34,226 nucleotides of DNA from Nanobdellota archaeon (lineage in GTDB: Archaea > Nanobdellota > Nanobdellia > SCGC-AAA011-G17 > ARS1403): positions 1 through 34,226 of the forward strand of contig NZCU01000014.1 in assembly GCA_002688395.1 (NCBI GenBank), read 5' to 3'. A model generated the notes under the pieces. That model did no database searches, was not told where the DNA came from, and saw only the letters and a program-made list of their open reading frames with translations. The position numbers and the translations under genes are program-made. Below, piece after piece: positions 17,382-24,749 of the stretch; position 1 is the first letter of the stretch; each line of letters starts with the position of its first letter.

Positions 17382-17483
17382 ATGAGCGACGATATAGAAA
17401 AAGAGTCAGTAAAGATAACAGATACAAAAAATAGTGATAACCATACTGTGTTTGTAGGCCCCAAACCTTTTAACAGAATTTAG
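17382..17483 (+). other. Alba N-terminal fragment ORF ending at an in-frame TAG
   Basis: MSDDIEKESVKITDTKNSDNHTVFVGPKPFNRI then stop. HTVFVGPKP matches the Alba beta1 consensus (v-IGkKP). It is in the same frame as 17505-17750. Confidence 0.6.
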
Positions 17484-17504
17484 CGAAATGCTATTTCTGG
17501 AAGA

Positions 17505-17750
17505 GTGAATTATGTTACAGGGGTCGTGATGCAGTTTACAACACAAGGTGCTAATGAAGTTGTTGTTAAAGCTAGGGGTAGATTTATTTCTAGAGCTGTA
17601 GATATTGTTGAGGTTGCCACTAAGAGATTTTTAGAGGGACAAATAGAAATAGCTAAAGATGGAATTAATATTGGAAGTGAGGAATTTGAAAATAAAGAAG
17701 GAAAACAAGTTAGAGTGAGTTTTATAGAATTAAGTCTTATCAAACGATAA
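17505..17750 (+). CDS. albA: Alba (Sac10b-family) DNA/RNA-binding protein, main body
   Basis: NYVTGVVMQF...EVVVKARGRFISRAVDIVEVATKRF is the Alba core. GTG at 17505 is the only nearby start, and the canonical N-terminal strand is encoded upstream of an in-frame TAG. Confidence 0.8.
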   Translation: MNYVTGVVMQFTTQGANEVVVKARGRFISRAVDIVEVATKRFLEGQIEIAKDGINIGSEEFENKEGKQVRVSFIELSLIKR

Positions 17751-17823
17751 TTTTATTCCTTTTTCAATATTTAATAACTTTTAAATAGAATTTAATTCTA
17801 AACTATAGCTAAAAAGAGGTAAA

Positions 17824-19527
17824 ATGGTAAGTGGATTTGAAGCTTCGATACAGTCTAATTTATTTTTTAATATTGGATTAGTGCTAGTTGTTGCTACTAT
17901 TGTAGGTTATTTGGCTAGATTGATTAGACAACCATTGATTCCTGCTTATATTTTAGCTGGTATTTTAATTGGTCCTTTTGGTTTAGGATTGATAAAAGAA
18001 AGTGAAATTATAATTGCTTTAAGTGAAATTGGTATTGCGTTTCTGTTATTTATTGTTGGCTTGGAGATAGATTTAAAGAAATTAAAGGAAGTTGGATTAG
18101 TTAGTACTCTTGGAGGAACTATACAAGTAGCTTCTGTATTTTTTATTGGTTTTTTGGCAGCAATGGCTTTTGGATTTGTGAGGGTTGAGGCTATTTACTT
18201 AGGGTTTGTTCTAGCTTTTTCTAGTACCATGATTGTGATTAAGTTGTTGAGTGATAAGAGTGAGATGAACACTTTACATGGGAAAATTATTTTGGGGATA
18301 TTGTTGATGCAAGACATTATTGTTATTTTTGTTTTAATTTTATTGCAATCCTTGGGTAGCTTAAATTTATCTTTGTTATTGTGGGCGTTTTTGAAAGGCG
18401 CGATATTATTAGCTTTTGCAGTTCTTTTGAGTCAGTTTGTGTTACCTTTTATATTTAGATTTAGTGCTAGAACCCAAGAGTTGTTGTTTTTAAGTTCAAT
18501 TTCTGTTTGTTTTGTATTTTCTTTAGTAGCTTTTAGTTTTGGCTTTTCAATTGTTATAGGAGCTTTTTTAGCAGGGTTGGCTTTAGCTTCTTTACCTTAT
18601 CACTTTGATATAGCTGGAAAGATTATTCCTTTAAGAGATTTTTTCGCTACTTTATTTTTTGTTAGTTTAGGAATGGAGTTAGTGTTTGATTCTTTTAATG
18701 GATTGTTAGGGCCTTTGATTGTATTTTTGGGAATTATAATTTTGTTAAAGCCTTTGATTTTTATGATAATTACAAGTGTGTTTGGGTATAAGAAAAGAAC
18801 CGCGTTTTTTACTTCAATTTCATTAGCTCAAATAAGTGAGTTTTCTTTAGTTTTAGTTGCTTTAGGTTTGAACTTAGGACATGTTTCTAATCAAATTTTT
18901 ACTTTAACTGTGTTGTTGGCTATTATAACAATTGCTTTGACGTCTTATTTCATTAAATATGATAGAAATTTATATGGAATGTTCTCAAAAAAATTGAATG
19001 TTTTTGAAAGATTAGCTTTGAAAAATTCTGAGTTAGAACATTTACCTTATCATGAAAGAAAAGACATTATTATTTTTGGAGCTCATAGAATGGGAAGAAT
19101 ATTTATTGATACTTTAAATAAAGTTAAAAGTAATTTTGTTGTTGTTGATTTTGACCCTCAAATTATTAGAAATTTAATTAATAAAAAAATACCTTGTGTT
19201 TATGGTGATGTTGCAAATACTGAAGTTCTTAAAAGATTAAACTTGAATTCTGCTAAAATGGTTATAAGTACTATTCCTAATGATGAAGATAATATATTTT
19301 TAATTAAACATATTAAGAAAACGAATCCTGGTGCTATTCTTATAGTTACTTCTAGTCATGCAGGTAGTGCTTTGCATTTATATGATATTGGTGCTGATTA
19401 TGTTATTGTACCTCATTTATTGAGTGGAGAGATTGTTTCTCATAATTTGGTTGAATTAATTGAGAAGAAGAAAGATGTTGAGGAAATGAAAGTTAGGCAT
19501 ATTAAACATTTAAAGAGTAATAAATAA
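17824..19527 (+). CDS. Kef-type (CPA2) monovalent cation:proton antiporter with C-terminal RCK/TrkA-N domain
   Basis: About 12 TM segments typical of the Na+/H+ exchanger family, then a Rossmann-type IIIFGAHRMGRIF...VVVDFD. SD AAAGAGGT lies upstream. Confidence 0.8.
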   Translation: MVSGFEASIQSNLFFNIGLVLVVATIVGYLARLIRQPLIPAYILAGILIGPFGLGLIKESEIIIALSEIGIAFLLFIVGLEIDLKKLKEVGLVSTLGGTIQVASVFFIGFLAAMAFGFVRVEAIYLGFVLAFSSTMIVIKLLSDKSEMNTLHGKIILGILLMQDIIVIFVLILLQSLGSLNLSLLLWAFLKGAILLAFAVLLSQFVLPFIFRFSARTQELLFLSSISVCFVFSLVAFSFGFSIVIGAFLAGLALASLPYHFDIAGKIIPLRDFFATLFFVSLGMELVFDSFNGLLGPLIVFLGIIILLKPLIFMIITSVFGYKKRTAFFTSISLAQISEFSLVLVALGLNLGHVSNQIFTLTVLLAIITIALTSYFIKYDRNLYGMFSKKLNVFERLALKNSELEHLPYHERKDIIIFGAHRMGRIFIDTLNKVKSNFVVVDFDPQIIRNLINKKIPCVYGDVANTEVLKRLNLNSAKMVISTIPNDEDNIFLIKHIKKTNPGAILIVTSSHAGSALHLYDIGADYVIVPHLLSGEIVSHNLVELIEKKKDVEEMKVRHIKHLKSNK

Positions 19528-19528
19528 A

Positions 19529-19574
19529 TTTTACCCGACATAGTCGACATTGGTGCGTAAGGTATTTATAAAAG
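19529..19574 (+). promoter_or_regulatory. Conserved upstream cassette, copy D
   Basis: TTTTACCCGACATAGTCGACATTGGTGCGTAAGGTATTTATAAAA starts 1 nt after the antiporter stop codon. Confidence 0.65.
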
Positions 19575-19592
19575 AAAGACGTAATTTAGTGT

Positions 19593-20538
19593 ATGAAAAT
19601 TGATTTAATGAAGTATATTCCAAATAAAATCATTCCAAAACAAGGAAACTTGAAAGAATTCTCTATAAGTGAGCATAATAGTAATTTGTTGTTGTTTTAT
19701 AAAGGTTGTAGAAAGAAAATATTATTACCTAGGTTTGTTAATTTAAGTGAGGAGGATTTTGTTGCAATTGGTCTTTATCTAGCAGAAGGTCAAAAGTATG
19801 TTAATCTTGATAAGAAGTATCATCACTCTGGTGAGATAGATTTTTCTAATAGTGAGTTAATTTCTTTAGAACTGTTTTGTAAATTTATAAAAAAATTAAA
19901 TATATCTTCTAAGGAGTTTAGATGGGAAATTGTTTTAAATGTAAAAAGGAAATTTATAGATAAATCTTTGTTATTGAATTATTGGGTAGAAAATCTAAAC
20001 TTAGATTTTGAGAAAAGACGTCCTAAGAGTGTACGTTATAGCGGATCTTTATTTACAAATCCAAAAACTGTTAGTTAGTGATTATGGATGTATTCATTTG
20101 AAATATAGTTCTGTAATCTTTCGTAATTTTTTCTTGAATTTTGTATTTGAAATTTTTAATGATTTTTTGAAAATTAAGCATAAAAATATACTAGGATTAA
20201 TTCTGAAAGGTTATTTTGCAGGAGATGGAAATGTAACTTTTAATTTAAAGCCTAGAAGAAAGGCTGTTTATTTTTGCTCTAATGATATTAAATTATTTTC
20301 TATGCTAAAAGAAGCCCTTAAGACAATAGGAGTAAGCTCTATTAAAGAAACTTATCCTGAATATACTAGAACTCACACTAAGAGTTTAGTTTTTTATAAT
20401 TTTAAGGATTTTCAGTTGTTGGATGATTATGCTATTGCAGATACTGTTCCTTACAAAAGGAAGAAGTTTGAAAAACTTTTAAAGAGTTATAAATTATTGC
20501 CTCGAGCCGGATTTGAACCGGCGATCACTAGCTCATGA
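19593..20538 (+). pseudogene. LAGLIDADG homing-endonuclease-like gene disrupted by a 4-bp tandem duplication; paralog of 7665-9041
   Basis: Motifs are AIGLYLAEGQKY and LILKGYFAGDGNV. GTTAGTTAG at 20070-20078 contains GTTA twice; deleting one copy joins the two track ORFs into ...NPKTVSDYGCIHLKY.... The 3' end reads 41 nt into tRNA-Met. Confidence 0.75.
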
Positions 20539-20571
20539 AACTAGGGTTCTGCCAGACTAAACTATCGAGGC
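20498..20571 (-). tRNA. tRNA with CAU anticodon (elongator Met, or Ile2 if C34 is modified)
   Basis: The minus strand gives a full cloverleaf: acceptor GCCTCGA/TCGAGGC, D-stem GTTT/GAAC, anticodon stem CTAGT/GCTAG, loop TTCATGA, T-arm GCCGG-TTCAAAT-CCGGC, discriminator A. It lacks initiator features (no A1:U72, no GGG/CCC in the anticodon stem). Confidence 0.9.
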
Positions 20572-20646
20572 TTTAGTGAAGAGTGCTTTATTTGATTTTT
20601 AAGGGTTTTGGTTAAGTTTAAATAGGTTATTTTTTTAAGAAAAACT

Positions 20647-21189
20647 ATGGAAAATAAGAAATTAGGATTAATATTATTAGGAATTGGAGTGTTATTTTTA
20701 GTTAGTTTGATTATATTTAAATTACAAATTAATAGTTTAGTTCATATTGTCATGGATCAAAGTGGGGGTAATTGTTTTATAGATGGAGAAACTTGCATTC
20801 ATGAACAAAGTCAATTCCCAATCTATGTAGGGATAATTGTGGTTGTTGTTGCATTTTCATTAGGAGGATATTTATTATTCTTTGATAAATCTCAAAAATA
20901 CGTTAAGGAGATGCAAGAAAAATTAGTAGATAGATTGGAAGAGACTAAAAAAGAGAAAGATAGTGATGAAAATTTTGAGTTTTTATTAAAGGGGTTAGAT
21001 GAAGCTGAGAAGAGGGTTGTTAAAGCTGTTAAAGAACAAGATGGAATAACCCAAGCTACATTAAGGATTAGGGTAGATATGTCTAAAGCTAAGTTAAGTG
21101 CTGTTTTAAGTGAATTGGATAAAAAAAATCTAATTAAAAAAGTTTCTCATAAAAAAACTAATAAAATTTTCTTAAAAACTGCTCTATGA
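20647..21189 (+). CDS. Membrane-tethered wHTH (MarR-like) regulator with extracytoplasmic CX6C loop
   Basis: Two TM helices flank the loop GGNCFIDGETCIHEQ. The cytoplasmic C-terminus is a wHTH: EKRVVKAVKEQDGITQATLRIRVDMSKAKLSAVLSELDKKNLIKK. Confidence 0.65.
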   Translation: MENKKLGLILLGIGVLFLVSLIIFKLQINSLVHIVMDQSGGNCFIDGETCIHEQSQFPIYVGIIVVVVAFSLGGYLLFFDKSQKYVKEMQEKLVDRLEETKKEKDSDENFEFLLKGLDEAEKRVVKAVKEQDGITQATLRIRVDMSKAKLSAVLSELDKKNLIKKVSHKKTNKIFLKTAL

Positions 21190-21292
21190 ACGTTCTAGAG
21201 TTAAAATTTTGGTGTTATGAACGATAAAGAATGTATTGTTTTTGGGGTTAAATATAAGGATGGATGTTTCTTTTGAAAGCTTGTGAAATTAA

Positions 21293-21952
21293 ATGGATAA
21301 TGATGAAACTCAAGAAAAACAAATTTTGAGTAAATTATCTACAATACTGGTGGTTGTTGCTTTTGTTTTGATGGTGTTTAACCAATTTCAATTAATGGGG
21401 TTAAATTCTGAATTAGGATCTACCCCAACTGGTTTATCCATTGTATCTACTTCTGTTATACCCACAGGAACACCTAAAATTTATGGTAAGGAATTGGGAA
21501 TTAGTTATGATAATGTAAACCCTAATGATCCACAATCAGCTGATGCTACTATAAAAGCTATGAGTAGTTTAGATAGGACTTTAACTTTGACTGGAGATGA
21601 TTTAAGTAGATATATTAAAATTGTTAGTGAGATAAGCTGTGAGTATTGTTGTGGAGCTAAATCTATTATTTTTGACGATGGTAGGCCTGCTTGTGGATGT
21701 GCACATAGTTATGCGATGAGAGGATTAGCTAAATATTTAATTTTAAACCACGAGAATGAATTTAGTGATGATGAAATCTTAACTGAGTTAGCCAAATGGA
21801 AGACTTTGTATTTTCCAGGACAGATGCAAGCTAAAGCGGATGTTATGAAATCAAAAGGTGTTGAATTTAGTTATATTAACTTAGGGAGTAATAAGTACAG
21901 AAATATCGAGAAAGGGGCTACATCTAGTAGTGGAATGGTTGGGGGGTGTTAA
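21293..21952 (+). CDS. Membrane-anchored Cys-rich protein (PCYCGC-like motifs), C-terminal MVGGC
   Basis: N-terminal TM anchor, motifs CEYCCG and PACGCAHS, ends SSSGMVGGC. Confidence 0.55.
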   Translation: MDNDETQEKQILSKLSTILVVVAFVLMVFNQFQLMGLNSELGSTPTGLSIVSTSVIPTGTPKIYGKELGISYDNVNPNDPQSADATIKAMSSLDRTLTLTGDDLSRYIKIVSEISCEYCCGAKSIIFDDGRPACGCAHSYAMRGLAKYLILNHENEFSDDEILTELAKWKTLYFPGQMQAKADVMKSKGVEFSYINLGSNKYRNIEKGATSSSGMVGGC

Positions 21953-21953
21953 A

Positions 21954-22151
21954 ATGGATAAAGAAATAATTTTGGTTTTGATGTTGGTTGGATTGGTAGT
22001 TTTAGGAGGAGTGCAGGCGGTTCAGATAAATGATCTAAAAGATAATCTTAATGATGGAAATTTAATTACAGGAAATGCTGTTAATACCGAAACTACTCAA
22101 TCTACATCGGTTCGTACAGTAACACAGCCTTCAATGGTTGGAGGTTGTTAG
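21954..22151 (+). CDS. Small membrane-anchored protein, C-terminal MVGGC
   Basis: MDKEIILVLMLVGLVVLGGVQAV... ends QPSMVGGC. It starts 1 nt after the previous stop. TAG stop. Confidence 0.5.
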   Translation: MDKEIILVLMLVGLVVLGGVQAVQINDLKDNLNDGNLITGNAVNTETTQSTSVRTVTQPSMVGGC

Positions 22152-22152
22152 T

Positions 22153-22881
22153 ATGAGAAAATTATTTTTTCTTTTACTTTTTAGTGTTGTTTTTTTAAGT
22201 GGTTGTTCTGTAAATAAAAATGTTATAAATAATTTAGATGTTGAGAATTTTGCAAAATTGATTGAGAAAGATGATGTTTTTTTATTGGATGTGCGCATGC
22301 CTGAAGAAACACATATAATGGGGACAGATGATACTATTGCATTTGATAAATTAATGGAAAATGTTGATAGATTACCCAAAGATAAAAATCAACCTATTGC
22401 AGTTTATTGTAGAAGCGGTGTTAGAAGCGCTAAGGCTTCAGAAACTTTGAAAAAAATGGGATATTCTAATATTTATAATTTACTTGGAGGGAAAAACGCT
22501 TGGGACTTAGAAGAAAATAAAATTACTATTTTTAAACCTGCAAGTTGTGGATGTTGTGTTGGTTGGACTGCAGAAGTTAAAAATAAAAAATTTAATGTTG
22601 AAACAAAAATTACTCAAAATATGGAACCTATAAAACAAAAATATGGAATTCCTAGAAACATGTGGAGTTGTCATACTGCTTCTGTTGGAGATTATTTTAT
22701 TGAAGGTCATGTACCTATAGAAGCCGTTAATAAATTGTTAAAAGAGAAGCCAGATATAAAAGGAATAGCTTTACCTAATATGCCTGCAGGATCCCCAGGA
22801 ATGCCTGGTGTTAAATCTGGACCATTTAGAGTATATTCTATTTTAGATGATGGAAGTAGTGAAATTTTTATGGAGGTTTAA
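22153..22881 (+). CDS. Predicted lipoprotein: rhodanese domain fused to a DUF411/CopG-like metal-binding domain
   Basis: Signal peptide with lipobox MRKLFFLLLFSVVFLSGC. Rhodanese active-site loop YCRSGVRS. DUF411-like signature SCGCCVGW...WSCHTAS...GHVP...PGMPG. Confidence 0.7.
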   Translation: MRKLFFLLLFSVVFLSGCSVNKNVINNLDVENFAKLIEKDDVFLLDVRMPEETHIMGTDDTIAFDKLMENVDRLPKDKNQPIAVYCRSGVRSAKASETLKKMGYSNIYNLLGGKNAWDLEENKITIFKPASCGCCVGWTAEVKNKKFNVETKITQNMEPIKQKYGIPRNMWSCHTASVGDYFIEGHVPIEAVNKLLKEKPDIKGIALPNMPAGSPGMPGVKSGPFRVYSILDDGSSEIFMEV

Positions 22882-22882
22882 A

Positions 22883-23326
22883 ATGATAAGGAAAAAAACT
22901 TGGTTTGGTATTAATTTAATTGTTTTATTGGGGTTTTTGATAGCATTTGTTACAAGCTCAACTGGAACATCTTTTGAACATATGGATATGGATGAAAAAA
23001 GAGATACTTTTATTTCCCTTAAAGAAGATATTCAACAAGATTTAATGCCCAAACATGGATATAGATGTTGCTTAGTCAAACCTTGCACTTATTGTATTGA
23101 AAAAACTCCAGGACATGGCGAAGGTGCTGTATGTGATTGTTTGAGTGATGTTGTTAATGGAGTCCATCCATGTGGAGAATGTATTGGTGAAATTCTAGAA
23201 GGTCATGGTAATCCCTACCTTAAAGAATATTTTGCAGAAGCTATAGCTGAAAAGACTGGCCAAAAGAAAGCTTTAAAAAAGATAATCTCTAAAAAATATG
23301 ATGTAGCTGAGGATGATCAAAAATGA
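22883..23326 (+). CDS. Membrane-anchored Cys/His-rich protein, unknown family
   Basis: N-terminal TM, then RCCLVKPCTYCIEKTPGHGEGAVCDCLSDVVNGVHPCGECIGEILEGHGNP (9 Cys in about 50 aa). Confidence 0.55.
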   Translation: MIRKKTWFGINLIVLLGFLIAFVTSSTGTSFEHMDMDEKRDTFISLKEDIQQDLMPKHGYRCCLVKPCTYCIEKTPGHGEGAVCDCLSDVVNGVHPCGECIGEILEGHGNPYLKEYFAEAIAEKTGQKKALKKIISKKYDVAEDDQK

Positions 23327-23916
23327 AAATTAAAGAAATTATTTTGGTTGCTGTAATTGTTGGAATATTGTCTAGTTTAATAACTGTTACATCTTTAAAC
23401 TATTTAGAGAAAGATAATTTAATTAAAGATTTTTATCTTACTGAGACTAGTGTTCATGTAAGTCCACATCATATTAGGAAAGCTATGGATAAAGGAGATA
23501 GTAATTTTATTTTAGTAGATTTAAGGAGTGATGAAGAGTATGAGAGAGAACATATTGTTGGGGCTATAAATATTCCTGCTTATAGAGATCCCTATACTTC
23601 TGCTTATGGGGATGTTGAAAGAATTGTTGGAGAATTTTCTAAATTACCTAAAGATAAAGAAATAATTGTTTATTGTTATAGCACTCCTTGTATGACTGGA
23701 AGGAAAGTTGGAGGAATGCTTGCAGAAAATGGAATTTTTGTTAAACATTTAGGTGTCGGGTGGAATGAATGGAGATATTTTTGGACTATGTGGAATCATG
23801 AACATGAATGGAATATAACTAATGTTGAAGATTATGTTGTTAAAGGGAAAAATCCAGGAGTTCCAAAATTACAAGATTATGGTGGATGTAGTATTGAAGG
23901 GAAATTTGGCTGTTAA
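23323..23916 (+). CDS. Membrane-anchored rhodanese-domain protein with C-terminal Cys
   Basis: N-terminal TM. Rhodanese fold signature FILVDLRSDEEYEREHIVGAINIP ... IIVYCYSTPCMTGRK ... GWNEW. Ends DYGGCSIEGKFGC. Confidence 0.65.
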   Translation: MKIKEIILVAVIVGILSSLITVTSLNYLEKDNLIKDFYLTETSVHVSPHHIRKAMDKGDSNFILVDLRSDEEYEREHIVGAINIPAYRDPYTSAYGDVERIVGEFSKLPKDKEIIVYCYSTPCMTGRKVGGMLAENGIFVKHLGVGWNEWRYFWTMWNHEHEWNITNVEDYVVKGKNPGVPKLQDYGGCSIEGKFGC

Positions 23917-23992
23917 AATTAAAATTTGACTATATATAGAAAACTTTTTATATACTAATCTTTTGATTAGAAACAATAGGAGGGTTAAAACA

Positions 23993-24715
23993 ATGGAAGA
24001 AAGTAATGAAGGAAACATAACTTTAAAAAAATCTAGTTTGTGGAAAGCTGGAACATTTGTATTTGGATTATTATTTGTGATATCTTTATTCACAGGAGGA
24101 TTTGGTACAGGTGATGGTGGTGGTGTTACTGGTAATGGTGTTGCACAACCTTCTCCTAGTGTACCAAATATTCCTACTGGTGTAGGAACAGTAAGGGCCG
24201 AAGATATTGTTGATGATGATCCTTTTTTAGGAGATGAAAACGCACCTTTAACAATAGTTGAATTTAGTGATTTTCAATGTCCTTTTTGTAGCAGATTTAA
24301 AGATCAAACTTTAAGTCAGTTGAAATCTGAGTATATCGATACTGGAAAAGTTAAATTTGTTTATAGAGATTTCCCTTTGAGTAGTATTCATCCAATGGCA
24401 CAAAAAGCTGCTGAAGCTACTGAATGTGCAGATGAACAAGGAAAATTCTGGGAATATCATGATTTGGTCTTTGATAGACAAAGTAGCTTGAGTATTGGAA
24501 ACTTAAAAAGTTGGGCAGGAGAACTTGGATTGAATAGTGCAGAATTTGATGAATGTTTAGATTCTGGAGAACAAGCTGATGAAGTTGCTAATGATTTAAA
24601 AGCTGCAACTGCTGCAGGTGGAAGGGGTACTCCGTTTTTCATAGTTGGTAATCAACCTTTAAGTGGAGCACAACCATTTAGCGCATTCCAACAAGCGATT
24701 GAATCTCAACTTTAA
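23993..24715 (+). CDS. Membrane-anchored DsbA-family thiol:disulfide oxidoreductase
   Basis: Thioredoxin-fold active site FSDFQCPFCSRF and a late GTPFFIVG motif. GGAGG SD lies 10 nt upstream of the ATG at 23993. Confidence 0.8.
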   Translation: MEESNEGNITLKKSSLWKAGTFVFGLLFVISLFTGGFGTGDGGGVTGNGVAQPSPSVPNIPTGVGTVRAEDIVDDDPFLGDENAPLTIVEFSDFQCPFCSRFKDQTLSQLKSEYIDTGKVKFVYRDFPLSSIHPMAQKAAEATECADEQGKFWEYHDLVFDRQSSLSIGNLKSWAGELGLNSAEFDECLDSGEQADEVANDLKAATAAGGRGTPFFIVGNQPLSGAQPFSAFQQAIESQL

Positions 24716-24749
24716 ATTTTTTTATTTTTTTTATTTTAAAGGATTTAAC

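Noticed and set aside
17467-17505. The Alba insertion as an archaeal bulge-helix-bulge mRNA intron, like the cbf5 mRNA intron.
   Set aside because: The fold has near-symmetric 2x1 internal loops rather than two staggered 3-nt bulges 4 bp apart. The candidate 4-bp helices I tried would excise 20 or 22 nt. Those lengths are not multiples of 3 and would not restore the frame. It is kept only as one untested option in the finding.
21190-21292. Repeated TATGAACG (21184-21191 and 21225-21232) and a 19-codon ORF between the wHTH regulator and the Cys-rich operon, a possible leader peptide or operator.
   Set aside because: It is a single short 8-nt direct repeat and a tiny ORF with no recognisable signal. 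The evidence is too weak to call.
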